This document shows, piece after piece, positions 27,083 to 42,171 of a DNA stretch of 57,521 bases. Source of the DNA: Eledone cirrhosa (lineage: Eukaryota); the NCBI GenBank assembly GCA_964016885.1, contig CAXHJY010001581.1, forward strand, positions 1 through 57,521. Reading direction: 5' to 3'. Position numbers and translations under genes: made by a program. The notes under the pieces are model-generated. The model did not search any database, was not told the origin of the DNA, and saw only the letters and a program-made list of their open reading frames with translations. Positions within the stretch are counted from its first letter, which is position 1. The number at the start of each line of letters is the position of its first letter.

Positions 27083-27467
27083 AGGAGGTTATAGTTCACT
27101 TGAAGCATTGTGTAATGAGGTATAAACGTTTGTATATGTAAAATAAAGCCAAAACAATGCAGGTATGGACATAGAATAAAGAATGCAAATGCAAAAGATA
27201 TTGTTGACAATTAGTCTTTTACCTTAGATTTATTTAAATGTCCTTAATTTTCGAGATAATATCTTTTCTTCAGAGGGAAGTAAAGCTGTTAATCCAGTGT
27301 TCTAAATAGCTTTACTTCCCTCTGAAGAAGAGATATTATCTCGAATATTAAGGACATTTAAATAAATCTAAGGTAAAAGACTAATTGTCAACAATATCTT
27401 TTGCATTTGCATTCTTTATACTATGTCCATACCTGCATTGTTTTGGCTTTACTATACATATACAAAC

Positions 27468-27474
<7 letters not shown>
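27081..27474. mobile_element. Two-ended inverted insertion of pLTR family H
   Basis: 27121-27289 is inverted relative to 27305-27474; the left arm is ~40 nt longer; TA on both sides. Confidence 0.8.
27242..27276 (-). ncRNA. Minimal hammerhead-like motif, family H (second copy 27319-27353 +, with GAAT)
   Basis: CCT-CTGAAGA-A-AAGAT-ATT-ATCTC-GAAA-AT-TA-AGG. Confidence 0.6.
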
Positions 27475-27513
<39 letters not shown>

Positions 27514-27619
27514 GAGAAGAAAAATAAAATTTTAGTGTAGGTTAAATCAAGTATTTTTTGTATGTACATATGTATGCTTCATATAAATCTTTGTTGAGAT
27601 TGTAGCTCCATTGTATACA

Positions 27620-27700
27620 ATGGTTGTAGTTGCGATTTGGTGGAGTTGCGATTTGGTCGGTTGCAATGGTTGTAGTTGCGATTTGGTCGGGAGTTGCAAC
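27620..27700. repeat. Short tandem repeat of GTTGCGATTTGGT(CG)
   Basis: Three full and two partial copies in ~80 bp. Confidence 0.75.
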
Positions 27701-28826
27701 ATATTTCTGTAGTTCCAAAAATGTCTTTAAAATTGATTTTCCATGGCTGAATGAGTGAATCTTCTGTGAAGGAACATTTAAAATCAGAAACAAAATAGTT
27801 CCTTTTTATTTATTTAAGGAGTTCATAACTCAACACCGCCATAGCTTACTACTACTACTACTGCTGCTGCTGCTTCTGCTACTACTACTACTACTTTAAA
27901 ACTGTTTCACTGTGAAATATGTCTTTAGCAGGCAGATTATGTGGTTGAATATATACAGGATTAAGAGTATCCCTATTTATGTGGTCAATATTGAACAATT
28001 TAGGGTGGCAATGAGAATCTGATATATCCCAAGTTACCCCTATTTTGTGGGCAGTGTGGTCCAGAGAATCTGTGAGTGGAATGATGTGAATGTTCCTTCG
28101 TGCACACATGCATTACACATCTGAATTATCTTCTGTAGTAGATGTTGATTTAACTGAAGATGGTTCATAACAGATCATGTTCAATAGTCAGCTCTCTAAA
28201 ATGTTGAGTTTCCGGAGATATTTTCCAACTTTTGTTCTAGGATTATTCACTTTAAGTAAGAAATTGAACAAAAGATGTTGTTGGACTCAGGACGGTCTAA
28301 TGGAGCAGAACTATAATTGTTTCTCAACTATAATGAAAGATAATCCTGCCCTGAGCAGCTCGTTTCTAGTAACGCTAATACTTTCCATTTTTAATAAAGT
28401 AAGTTATTTTATGTGTTAAAGTCTTATTTTTTTATCATGTTGGGTACAAATGAAAGACCGAATTAAAATAATAAAACTGATTCCTGATGGTAAGACACCG
28501 GTACCATTCTCGTAAGGGAGAAAAAAGTAAAAGACACCGCCTACTCTGTAGTATTAAGTTCAGATACTTTCAATAAGGTGAACATAACTGTTTATATAAG
28601 CTGTGAATGTTAATGTTTATAGTTATATCATGTAATGGAGAATATTAATGTTTATAATTATATCATTGTTATAGTGAAGGTTAATGTATAGTTATAGAAA
28701 GGTGAAAGTTAACGTTTCATGGTTGATGATCATCACCACCATAATCATTTAGCGCCTGCGTTCTATACAGGCCAGGGCGGGATGAGTTAACACAGTTCAC
28801 GACTAAATAAGTCGTGCGTGTGTATT

Positions 28827-29078
28827 AGTAATAATAATAAATGTGAAGACTAAAATCCAAAGAGGGCTCGATAAGGATAAATATATATCAAATATATAAG
28901 AACCCCCCCCCCCCACACAAACATATATATATATATATTTATTAAAATAACAGATTAACTTTAAGCAAAGAATCGCTGCTTTCAACCTTAACGGGAACTT
29001 CTGAAACAGTTTCAGAAGATCCCGTTAAGGGTGAAAGTAGAGATTCTTTGCTCAAACTTTAATCTGTTATTTTAATAT
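28827..29078. mobile_element. Two-ended inverted insertion of pLTR family F
   Basis: Fold-back centred at ~29008; the left arm continues ~110 nt further and matches 48648-48808. Confidence 0.82.
29008..29058 (+). ncRNA. Type I hammerhead fold with CAGAAGA (A4) core, family F
   Basis: AGTTT-CAGAAGA-T-CCC-GTTAA-GGG-T-GAAA-GTAGAG-ATT-CTTTGC-TC-AAACT. Confidence 0.6.
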
Positions 29079-29201
29079 ATATATATATAAATATTCATAA
29101 ATATGTATATATTATATGTAATCTGAGTTTATCGAATATTAAAAATAATATAAAAAATGTATATGTATATATATATATGTATGTGTGTATATATATGTGT
29201 G

Positions 29202-29273
<72 letters not shown>

Positions 29274-29483
29274 AAATATATGTAGATATATATGTATATA
29301 TATATATTAATAAAAGGAATTCCAACTTTGTCTGATTTATTCGTTTTATTTACAATCCTTTAAAATTATAATGAAATAGTAGAGTAGAATATTAAATGTT
29401 AATTGTTAATTAAATAAGTAATTTCATGATTTCGGAATCTTCAGGTTTATCTTCTGTGGTGACAGTCAAGTTTGCAATTTTTG

Positions 29484-29514
<31 letters not shown>

Positions 29515-29565
29515 GTATGTATATATTTCTATGTATATATAGGTATATATATATATATATATAGG

Positions 29566-29596
<31 letters not shown>

Positions 29597-29675
29597 GTAT
29601 ATATATGTATATATATATATATGTATATATATGGAAAGTTATATTTAAATTGTTGGGTTACAACTAGTAAATATG

Positions 29676-29708
<33 letters not shown>

Positions 29709-29835
29709 GTATATATGTATATGTATATATATATGTATATATGGATATGTATACATATATACATATATATATCTATATATATATATATGTATACATATAT
29801 TCATATATATATATATATATATATGTATACATATA

Positions 29836-29873
<38 letters not shown>

Positions 29874-30283
29874 TGTATACACATATATATACATATATAT
29901 ATACATATATGTATACACATATATATACATATATATACATATATGTATACATATATATATATATATATATATACATATATATATACATATATATATACAT
30001 ATATGTATACATATATTTATACATATATATATACATATATATATACATATATGTATACATATATTTATACATATATATACACATATATATATATACATAT
30101 ATGTATACATATATTTATACATATATATGCACATATATATATATATATACATATATATAAATATATATATATACATATATACATATATATATACACATAT
30201 ATATATACATATAATATATACATATACATATATATATATACATATATATATATACATATATATATATACATATATATATATAC

Positions 30284-30875
30284 ATACTGTTGTCCACTGT
30301 GGTCTCCCCACACGAAACAAAGTATCATGAAACTTGAAGCTCCTCAAAGGGCAATCACGAAAAAGATAGATGGCATGTGAGACCTTGACTACTGGGGTCG
30401 ATTAGAAAACCTGAAACTTTACTCACTCCAACGTCGCCGTGAGCGTTATATTATCTGCATGATGTGGAAATTGTTCCATCATCACTGCCCAAATGATGTT
30501 GGCATCGCCTTCAAGATACACCCAAGGCTTGGGCCCCGTGCTATCCGTCCCATTCAAAAATCTAAATCGCAACTCATAACAGCAATACGGCACAATTATT
30601 TCACCACAATCGGCCCTGCTCTCTTCAACATCACACCAGGACACGTCAAGACAGAAACTGACCACACAAAATTCAAGAAGTCTTTGGACAAATTCCTCCA
30701 AGTAATCCCGGACAAACCACCCACACCCGGATATGTCTCCGCAACCAGTAATTCTCTTCTCGAATGGGCCATGGTGCCCAAATCCTGAATTGAAAGACTT
30801 CGCCAGGTGGTGCTATTAAGTTAGACATGGCCTGGGCCAATACTGGCCAAAACATTTCAAAGTTATTCAAAGTTA
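30284..30875 (+). mobile_element. 5'-truncated CR1/L2-group LINE 3' fragment
   Basis: Near-identical to ~4841-5432; premature TGA stops at 30378 and 30786; TTCAAAGTTA tail. Confidence 0.93.
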
Positions 30876-30942
30876 TATACATATAAACATATATATACAC
30901 ATAAATATACATATATATATGTATATATATATATATATATAC

Positions 30943-30974
<32 letters not shown>

Positions 30975-30977
<3 letters not shown>

Positions 30978-31118
30978 AAATATTAAACAAATAATGAATA
31001 AAACAATGAAACAGTTCCTTATATTAAACAAAAAAAGTTCATTATTTAACGATTGTTTCTAGGATATATATGTGTTAGAATTGGCATGCATATTCAACAT
31101 GCATATTCAACATTTATC

Positions 31119-31120
<2 letters not shown>
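30975..31120 (-). mobile_element. Diverged 3' terminal fragment of PLE family C (short end)
   Basis: Matches 37785-37910 and has the same endpoint as 47723. Confidence 0.8.
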
Positions 31121-31160
<40 letters not shown>

Positions 31161-31179
31161 TACATATATATATATATAC

Positions 31180-31224
<45 letters not shown>

Positions 31225-31259
31225 TATATACATATATATATACATATATATATATAAAC

Positions 31260-31292
<33 letters not shown>

Positions 31293-31331
31293 AACATATA
31301 TACATATATACATATATATATACATATATAC

Positions 31332-31378
<47 letters not shown>

Positions 31379-31423
31379 TATATACATATATATATACATA
31401 TACATATATATATCACGTATGTA

Positions 31424-31463
<40 letters not shown>

Positions 31464-31508
31464 TATATACATATATATATACATATACATATATATATCA
31501 CGTATGTA

Positions 31509-31552
<44 letters not shown>

Positions 31553-31579
31553 TATATACATATACATATCACGTATGTA

Positions 31580-31672
<93 letters not shown>

Positions 31673-31713
31673 ATATGTATATATATATATATGTATATAT
31701 ATATGTATATATG

Positions 31714-31746
<33 letters not shown>

Positions 31747-31855
31747 GTATATATGTATATATATATGTATATATGTATATATATATGTATATATGTATAT
31801 ATATATATATATATATATACATATATGTATATATATATATGTATAATATATACAC

Positions 31856-31888
<33 letters not shown>

Positions 31889-32102
31889 TATCTATATATA
31901 TGTATATATATATATATATATGTATATAACGAAGGAAATGTGGTAAGGAACCAGGTGGACCATAACGCACCAAAGTACTCAATACTTAGGGTAGTAGAGT
32001 GGGTAATAGGAACATATATTTCTCTATATACATATTTATATATATTCTTATATATACATATATATACTCTTTTACCTGTTTCAGACATATATATCACGTA
32101 TG

Positions 32103-32209
<107 letters not shown>

Positions 32210-32220
32210 TTATATATATG

Positions 32221-32277
<57 letters not shown>

Positions 32278-32287
32278 GTATATATAT

Positions 32288-32320
<33 letters not shown>

Positions 32321-32321
32321 G

Positions 32322-32394
<73 letters not shown>

Positions 32395-32511
32395 GTATAT
32401 ATGAATATATATATATATATATATGTATATGTATATATATATGTATATATATATAAATATATATATGTATATATATGTATATGTATATATATGTATATGT
32501 ATATATATATG

Positions 32512-32558
<47 letters not shown>

Positions 32559-32679
32559 GTATATATATATGTATATATGTATATATGTATATATATATAA
32601 GTATATATGTATATATATATATATATGTATATATGTATATATATGTATATATGTATATGTATATATGTATATATATGTA

Positions 32680-32769
<90 letters not shown>

Positions 32770-32831
32770 CATATATATTTATATACATATACATATATAT
32801 ATATATATATTTATATATATACATATATATT

Positions 32832-32864
<33 letters not shown>

Positions 32865-33050
32865 GTATATATATACATATATATATGTATATATATACAT
32901 ATATATACATATATACATATATATATATATAGATATATATACATATACATATATACATATATATACATATATACATATATATACATATATACATATATAT
33001 ATATACATATATACATATATATATATACATATATACATATATTTATATAC

Positions 33051-33081
<31 letters not shown>

Positions 33082-33216
33082 CATATATACATATATATAT
33101 ATATACACATATATATACATATATACATATATATATACATATATACATATATACATATATATATATATACATATATACATATATATATATATACATATAT
33201 ACATATATTTATATAC

Positions 33217-33247
<31 letters not shown>

Positions 33248-33370
33248 CATATATACATATATATATATATACACATATATACATATATATATATATACAT
33301 ATATACATATATATATACATATATACATATATATATACATATATACATATATATATACACATATATACAC

Positions 33371-33423
<53 letters not shown>

Positions 33424-33470
33424 TACATATATATATACATATATATATATATACATATATACATATATAT

Positions 33471-33514
<44 letters not shown>

Positions 33515-33554
33515 GTCATATACATATATGTATATATATATATGTATATATATG

Positions 33555-33609
<55 letters not shown>

Positions 33610-33610
33610 G

Positions 33611-33641
<31 letters not shown>

Positions 33642-33670
33642 GTATATATATGTATATATATATATGTATA

Positions 33671-33717
<47 letters not shown>

Positions 33718-33718
33718 G

Positions 33719-33751
<33 letters not shown>

Positions 33752-33793
33752 GTATATATATATATGTATATATATGTATATATATATATGTAT

Positions 33794-33955
<162 letters not shown>

Positions 33956-33966
33956 TTATATATATA

Positions 33967-34086
33967 TTAGAAAGTGAGGTTTTGTTTACATAATGAAAAA
34001 TAACCAAGGTGTCCTACACGAGAGAAGGTATACAGAAAAAAATATGAAATCGAAAGTTGCATTTTCGATTTCATCTTTTTTTTCTT

Positions 34087-34090
<4 letters not shown>
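33967..34090. mobile_element. Micro two-ended insertion of family E; exact inverted duplicate at 34728-34852
   Basis: 33967-34055 is an inverted long end and 34056-34090 a short end, both mapping onto 23771-23867. Confidence 0.7.
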
Positions 34091-34183
<93 letters not shown>

Positions 34184-34557
34184 GTATATATATATGTATA
34201 TATATACATATATATATATATATGTATATATATATAAATATGTATATATATGTATACATATATAAATATACATATATATATATACATATATATATATACA
34301 TATATATACATATATATATATATATGTACATACATATATATATATATGTATATATATATATAAATATATATATATATGTATATATATATATCTATATATA
34401 TATGTATATATATATATCTATATATATATGTATATATATATATGTATATATATATATATACATATATACATATATATACATATATATGTATATATATATA
34501 TTTATATATATATATATACATATATATACATATATACATATATATACATATATACAT

Positions 34558-34588
<31 letters not shown>

Positions 34589-34607
34589 TACATATAAATA
34601 TATATAT

Positions 34608-34645
<38 letters not shown>

Positions 34646-34646
34646 A

Positions 34647-34731
<85 letters not shown>

Positions 34732-34862
34732 AAGAAAAAAAAGATGAAATCGAAAATGCAACTTTCGATTTCATATTTTTTTCTGTATACCTTCTCTCGT
34801 GTAGGACACCTTGGTTATTTTTCATTATGTAAACAAAACCTCACTTTCTAATATATATATAA

Positions 34863-34931
<69 letters not shown>

Positions 34932-34939
34932 AATATATA

Positions 34940-35325
34940 GTACTTACGTATCGAGAAAGAGGAAAAAGGGGGGATAGGTGATACATATAGTTATTTGCCA
35001 AGTAGCGTATGCCAAAGGTGCTCGATACTAGTGCTGGCAGTATTAAATATTCGAAGTGTTAATATTTAGTGGGCTAGAGAGTTAGCAGAGCGTAAGCACG
35101 TGGGAAAGTAAAAAATCGGAGAATAGACCGTTAAAACATGTTTATTTAAAACAGCACCTACGTACGTTTCGCCCAGTTGGGCTTCTCAAGGGCATAAATA
35201 ATCACAAGTGTTCCTTATATTGCTCGGAAAGAGTTTTGGGGGTTAAATCCACATCAAGGTTCATTGCTCGCAAAAATATCTTGTTTTGATTTTGCAGAAG
35301 GTCAAGGGAGGTAACTCTGGCCGTA
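34940..35325 (-). mobile_element. Probable 3' end of another PLE (family J): ORF C-terminus, hammerhead, pLTR
   Basis: The frame ends ...[24 protein letters not shown] at 35202 (resembling PLE endonuclease C-termini); a hammerhead follows ~10 nt later. Confidence 0.55.
35154..35193 (-). ncRNA. Minimal hammerhead ribozyme, U3-A8 core variant (family J)
   Basis: GCCC-TTGAGAA-GCCC-AACT-GGGC-GAAA-CGTACG-TA-GGTGC. Confidence 0.7.
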
Positions 35326-35345
35326 TATATGTATATATATATATG

Positions 35346-35391
<46 letters not shown>

Positions 35392-35398
35392 TATATAC

Positions 35399-35441
<43 letters not shown>

Positions 35442-35472
35442 TATATACATATATATATACATATATATATAC

Positions 35473-35503
<31 letters not shown>

Positions 35504-35540
35504 CATATATATATACATATATATATACATATATATATAC

Positions 35541-35583
<43 letters not shown>

Positions 35584-35590
35584 TATATAC

Positions 35591-35637
<47 letters not shown>

Positions 35638-35644
35638 CATATAC

Positions 35645-35701
<57 letters not shown>

Positions 35702-35707
35702 CATATA

Positions 35708-35759
<52 letters not shown>

Positions 35760-35820
35760 CATATATATATACATATATATATACATATATATATACATAT
35801 ATATATACATATATATATAC

Positions 35821-36071
<251 letters not shown>

Positions 36072-36084
36072 CATATATATATAC

Positions 36085-36115
<31 letters not shown>

Positions 36116-36140
36116 CATATATATATACATATATATATAT

Positions 36141-36251
<111 letters not shown>

Positions 36252-36264
36252 CATATATATATAC

Positions 36265-36299
<35 letters not shown>

Positions 36300-36300
36300 C

Positions 36301-36337
<37 letters not shown>

Positions 36338-36504
36338 AATATATATATACATATATACATATATATATACATATATATATACATACATATATATACATAT
36401 ATATATATATATATACATATATACATATATACATATATATATATATATACATATATACATATATATACATATATATATATATATATACATATATACATAT
36501 ATAT

Positions 36505-36557
<53 letters not shown>

Positions 36558-36613
36558 CATATATATATAGAGAGAGAGATTACAATAATCAAAGTTCAGT
36601 TTAAATCATTTAT

Positions 36614-36662
36614 TTGCTTACAATTGTTTCCTCCAAACCGAGGTTTGAATTCTTCGGAGCAA
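36614..36662 (-). ncRNA. Hammerhead fold with CCGAAGA (C4) core, within a ~210-bp island (36579-36785) in TA
   Basis: TTGCT-CCGAAGA-A-TTCAAAC-CTCG-GTTTGGA-G-GAAA-CAATTG-TA-AGCAA. Confidence 0.65.
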
Positions 36663-36801
36663 CTATTTAGTGATCTATAACATACTTGACCTCCTTTTCA
36701 ACACAAGTGACATATAAAAACATATGCATATATTGACCCACAGTGGGATGACATCCATCAAAATGATATAGCATGGCAATTTACATATATATATGTATAT
36801 A

Positions 36802-37037
<236 letters not shown>

Positions 37038-37549
37038 CTTATATATATACATATATATATATATATCTATATTTATACTTATATATATATATACTTATAT
37101 ATATATATATATATATATATATCTATATTTATACTTATATATATATATACTTATATATATATATATATATATATATTTATACTTATATATATATATACTT
37201 ATATATATATATATATATATTTATACTTATATATATATATATACTTATATATATATATATATATATTTATACTTATATATATATATACTTATATATATAT
37301 ATATATATATATTTATACTTATATATATATATATACTTATATATATATATATATATATATATTTATACTTATATATATATATACTTATATATATATATAT
37401 ATATATATATTTATACTTATATATATATTTATACTTATATATATATATACTTATATATATATATATATATATATATTTATACTTATATATATATATACTT
37501 ATATATATATATATATATATATATTTATACTTATATATATATATATACT

Positions 37550-37581
<32 letters not shown>

Positions 37582-38761
37582 CTTATATATATATATACTT
37601 ATATATATATATATATATATATTTATACTTATATATATATATATACTTATGTAGATAAATCTACCAAGAGTTTACGGTAGTGTCCAATCCGTATGAAGAA
37701 CTCAATGTATTCCGGATATCATGGAAAGAAGAGATGTAATGAAAATCCAATTTCGGTGAAAGATAAACGGTATACAGAGTCAAGATAAAATATTAAACAA
37801 ATAATGAACAAACAATTCCTTATATTAAACAAAAAAAGTTCACTATTTAACGATCGTTTCTAGGGTATATATGTGTTATAATTGGTATGCATATTTAACA
37901 GATCTATGTACAAAATTATACAAAATTATACAAATTATCAAGATTAAATATACATACCTAACTCATATATACGCCGTCTTCAGAAATAATGAAGTATATT
38001 TATTGATAATAACAACAATTCAAAATATCAGTTCAAAATTGACCAATGAAAACACAAAGGGTTAAAAAGCAGTTTGGTGTGTGTATATACATGTAAAACC
38101 CTACACACATTTTACAATAATGTGTGTATAATTTGTATGTGCATACTAAAAAGATGGATGCAAATAAAAAATTTCAAGGTTAATATCTCTGTAAGCTTAA
38201 TGCGCTGATAAGATACGCAATGATACTTATGGAGTCAAGCATATAAATATATTTTTTTCATACTCACACATATCAGTATAATCACACATACATGTGCGTA
38301 TATATATAAATATACACATAACCACGAACACACAAACACACACACTCCCCCACTCACATTTATATATGTGGATATAAAATCATAAGCAAATAGAAATTAA
38401 GTCACTCACATAAACACACTGGTACACACATTTCAAGATCAAGATACAGAAATTAGGTGGGAGGGGGGGGGAGGGGTCAGTATTAGGTTGTCAGACCAGA
38501 CAGCCTAATATAAATGTATCTATAAATTATGAAAAATAAAAAAATAAAAACAATAAAATATATTACATATAATATAATGTACATACGCATACAGATATAC
38601 ATACACATACATACATGTACGCGCACATAGAGATATCTACACATACATACATACACACATACCTATACTGTCATACACACACATACATTTACACGAACAT
38701 ACACATACACATATAAAAGGATAAAAATACGGACACACACACGCGCAACACATACACACAT

Positions 38762-38818
<57 letters not shown>

Positions 38819-38929
38819 TATACACACACACACATAGACTCATATATATATACATACACATACATATACTTATACATAAACATATATATCCCACACTCAT
38901 ACCACCATGAAAACACATACAAACATCCA

Positions 38930-38970
<41 letters not shown>

Positions 38971-39183
38971 ACATACACACACGTACACATATATGTATAT
39001 ATACATACATATATACACACACACACATATATATATACACACACACATAAAATACAGACGTGCACATATATATATATATATATATATATATTTCATTACT
39101 CTTATATATACACATAGTATATATACATACACAACCTCACTTATACACATATACACATAAGTTATATTACAATAATAATAAAG

Positions 39184-39220
<37 letters not shown>

Positions 39221-39359
39221 TATACACACATATACACATATACATACATATACATACATATACATACATACATACACATACATACATACACCTAAATATA
39301 AACATATATAAATACACACATACGAATAAAGACATATATTCACACATAGACACCTATAT

Positions 39360-39395
<36 letters not shown>

Positions 39396-41237
39396 ATATA
39401 CACACACATACACATACATACACATATATATATATATACACATATACACACACGCACACACATACAGACACACATACACACTCACATATATATATATATA
39501 TATATATATATGTGTATGTGAGTGTGCGCAAATACATACATATATATACACACACACACATACAAACACACACAAACACATACATATGCATACGTGCACA
39601 CACACACACATATATCACATAGATACGAAGATAAACATATAAATAGAGAGACATACAAATATATATAGAACCCATATACACATACATACAAACACGCATA
39701 TACATATATATACATATATACACACATATATATTCCTATATACAAGCATACACATACACACACATATATACACATACATACACATATATATACTACACAT
39801 TCACATACACGTACATATATAATACATATATATACATATATATACATACACATGTATGTACAATCATATATACACACTCAATCTTACATTCATATTTACA
39901 TGCTCATATATGTATTTTTATATTTAGAAATAAATACCAAAAAAACTATATAGACACCCATCTACACATATATTCATACATATACACTTACAAAAACAGA
40001 TGATAATAGTATGGGGGAAAGGAGGGGTTTGGAGAAGGGGATCAAAGTAAATATATGTTTCAAGAAACCTATAATATTTTCCATATCTTAATTCAATGTA
40101 TGTTCTTACATATTTTCAGTGCTAGGAAATACGAAATCTATGCATCACAAAATAAAAAAGTATACCATTAATCATATGTCAACTAAACCAAAGATAGTCA
40201 ACATATTGATTTCCAAGGTGTAAATTAGTTAGGTTTATAATATTTGAAGCAGAATTATGAAGTCAAACAGTAGTAGATTATTAATTACATTATAACTAAA
40301 TTAAAGTTAATAACGTTATGGTATCAATATTAGGAGATGAATTTAGTAATAGGGAAAAGAAACCCAAATAAAAATAAAATAAAGTATTACATCGGTAGTA
40401 GCATATAAATTATATGTTAACTAAGTTAAAAATTATATATTTATTTCAATAGTATATGTTAATTAGTATATGTTAATTAGGTATACAATACATAAAGCAG
40501 ATATTGTATTTCATCAATAGCATAATATAATTATATGCAAATAAAAATCAAAATTAATACGCATACACATACATATACATACACATACACATACATATAC
40601 ATATACATACACATATATATATATATATATACATATATATACACATACATACATATATAGTCACATAAATATACATACAGATACACATACAATACACACA
40701 TATACATATACATATAGATATACATATCTTTTTCAAAAAATTTGCACAGAATATATTAACTAGGTATATATCCAAAAACACCTCCCATTCTATGATTACA
40801 TGAAATTCTGCAATTCGTCTGTACAAGGATACTAATTTTAAGCAAATTAAAATTAAAATTAAAGTTTTAGGTTGATTAAAGCTAAAACCAAATAATAAAT
40901 ATATTTCCAAAATGTATATTAATTAGGTCAATAATACTAAAAATTCTTTCTCCGTCATAGGATACATGATATTATTTTGTTATATTTTATCTGTAAAAGA
41001 ATTATAATAAAAAAAATTATAATAAAAGGTTAAACTAAATTAAAAAATTATAATAAAAGGTTAAAATAAGTTAAAATTAATCTATAAATTAAATTACTGA
41101 ATATATATTAGTAATATTTAAAGGTTTTTCAAAATTAATGATTACATAATATTTTCTCATCTGTAATAAAATATTAATTAAATTAAATTTATAGGTTAAC
41201 TAACATTTAAATTAAATTAAATTCTAGAATAATGTTA

Positions 41238-42171
41238 TTAATTAGGTTTATAATATTTAAATGTTTTTTTTAGTTTATGATTACACGATATAATTAATTC
41301 CTGTCTTTTATTTAATAAGATATCCCTAGACTTCATTATTTCAAATAGTTCTTGGGAACATAATCTACATTCCTTTCTATTATTTTGATAAGGGGTGGCT
41401 CTTTTGAGCACACTCCAGGTCAAATCATATTTTATATTTTTATTTTTATAACTATTGATTTTTTCTGCTAGAGATGTTGTATTAGCCAGTGCGGCATTTT
41501 TAAAGCTATGTTTGTGGGTATTATACCTTGTCTTAAAATTGTTAGAGGTAGCTCCTATATATGAGCAAATAGAATCTTTAGTTTTAACATTACATTTATA
41601 GACTATGTTGTTAACAAGACAATTCCCTTTTAATGGGCAGTTTGTTTTGTTTCTACAGTTACATCCTTTCGTTAATTCTGTATTTGAGGAGATATTATTG
41701 TTAATTTGATGTACTGGTGGTATACTTATAGTTTTCTTACATTTATATGCATTATATGCACTTATATTTTGTTTTATGTTATTTGTTGTAGAATATGAGA
41801 ATTTAACTGTAGACCTATTTAAGATTTGATGGTATTTGTGGTTTGGCGGGAAGTTTTTCTCAAGGATATAAAAAAATTTTTTAGCAATATTATCCTTAAC
41901 TTGTAAATTAAAAGGAGCATTATACCAAGTAACTCGTCTATTACGGTTTCTATGTTGTTTATTATTTTTATTATTTTTATATGTTGTATCATGATTTTTA
42001 CTAGGAGGAATAATGTTAATGATCTCACCACAACTATTTTTAGTTATATTTGTAGATTTAGGTGTTTTATCTTTTTTATTAGGAGTTTTATTATTAATAT
42101 TTATTATAGTCTTATGATGAGTAGTTTTTTGAGGGTTACTATACTTTATATTAGAAGATTTAGTATTTTGG
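41238..42171 (-). CDS. PLE family C linker plus GIY-YIG endonuclease (intact frame, inverted arm, no own start)
   Basis: VTWYNAPFN, CNCR..CPL..NCL, NIVYKC..YIGATSNNFKTRYNTH, CRLC..E and LLNKR motifs. Confidence 0.9.

Noticed and set aside
27891-28419. Short ORFs in non-repetitive sequence as host exons
   Set aside because: No recognisable motif or splice structure; they cannot be supported without homology or RNA data.
29425-29460. CTGAAGA-TTCC-GAAA on the minus strand as a hammerhead
   Set aside because: No stem II and no convincing stem I.
41952-42170. Hydrophobic N-terminus of the 510-aa ORF as a membrane segment
   Set aside because: It is antisense read-through of the inverted arm; the PLE frame starts at DKTGNLY (42171).
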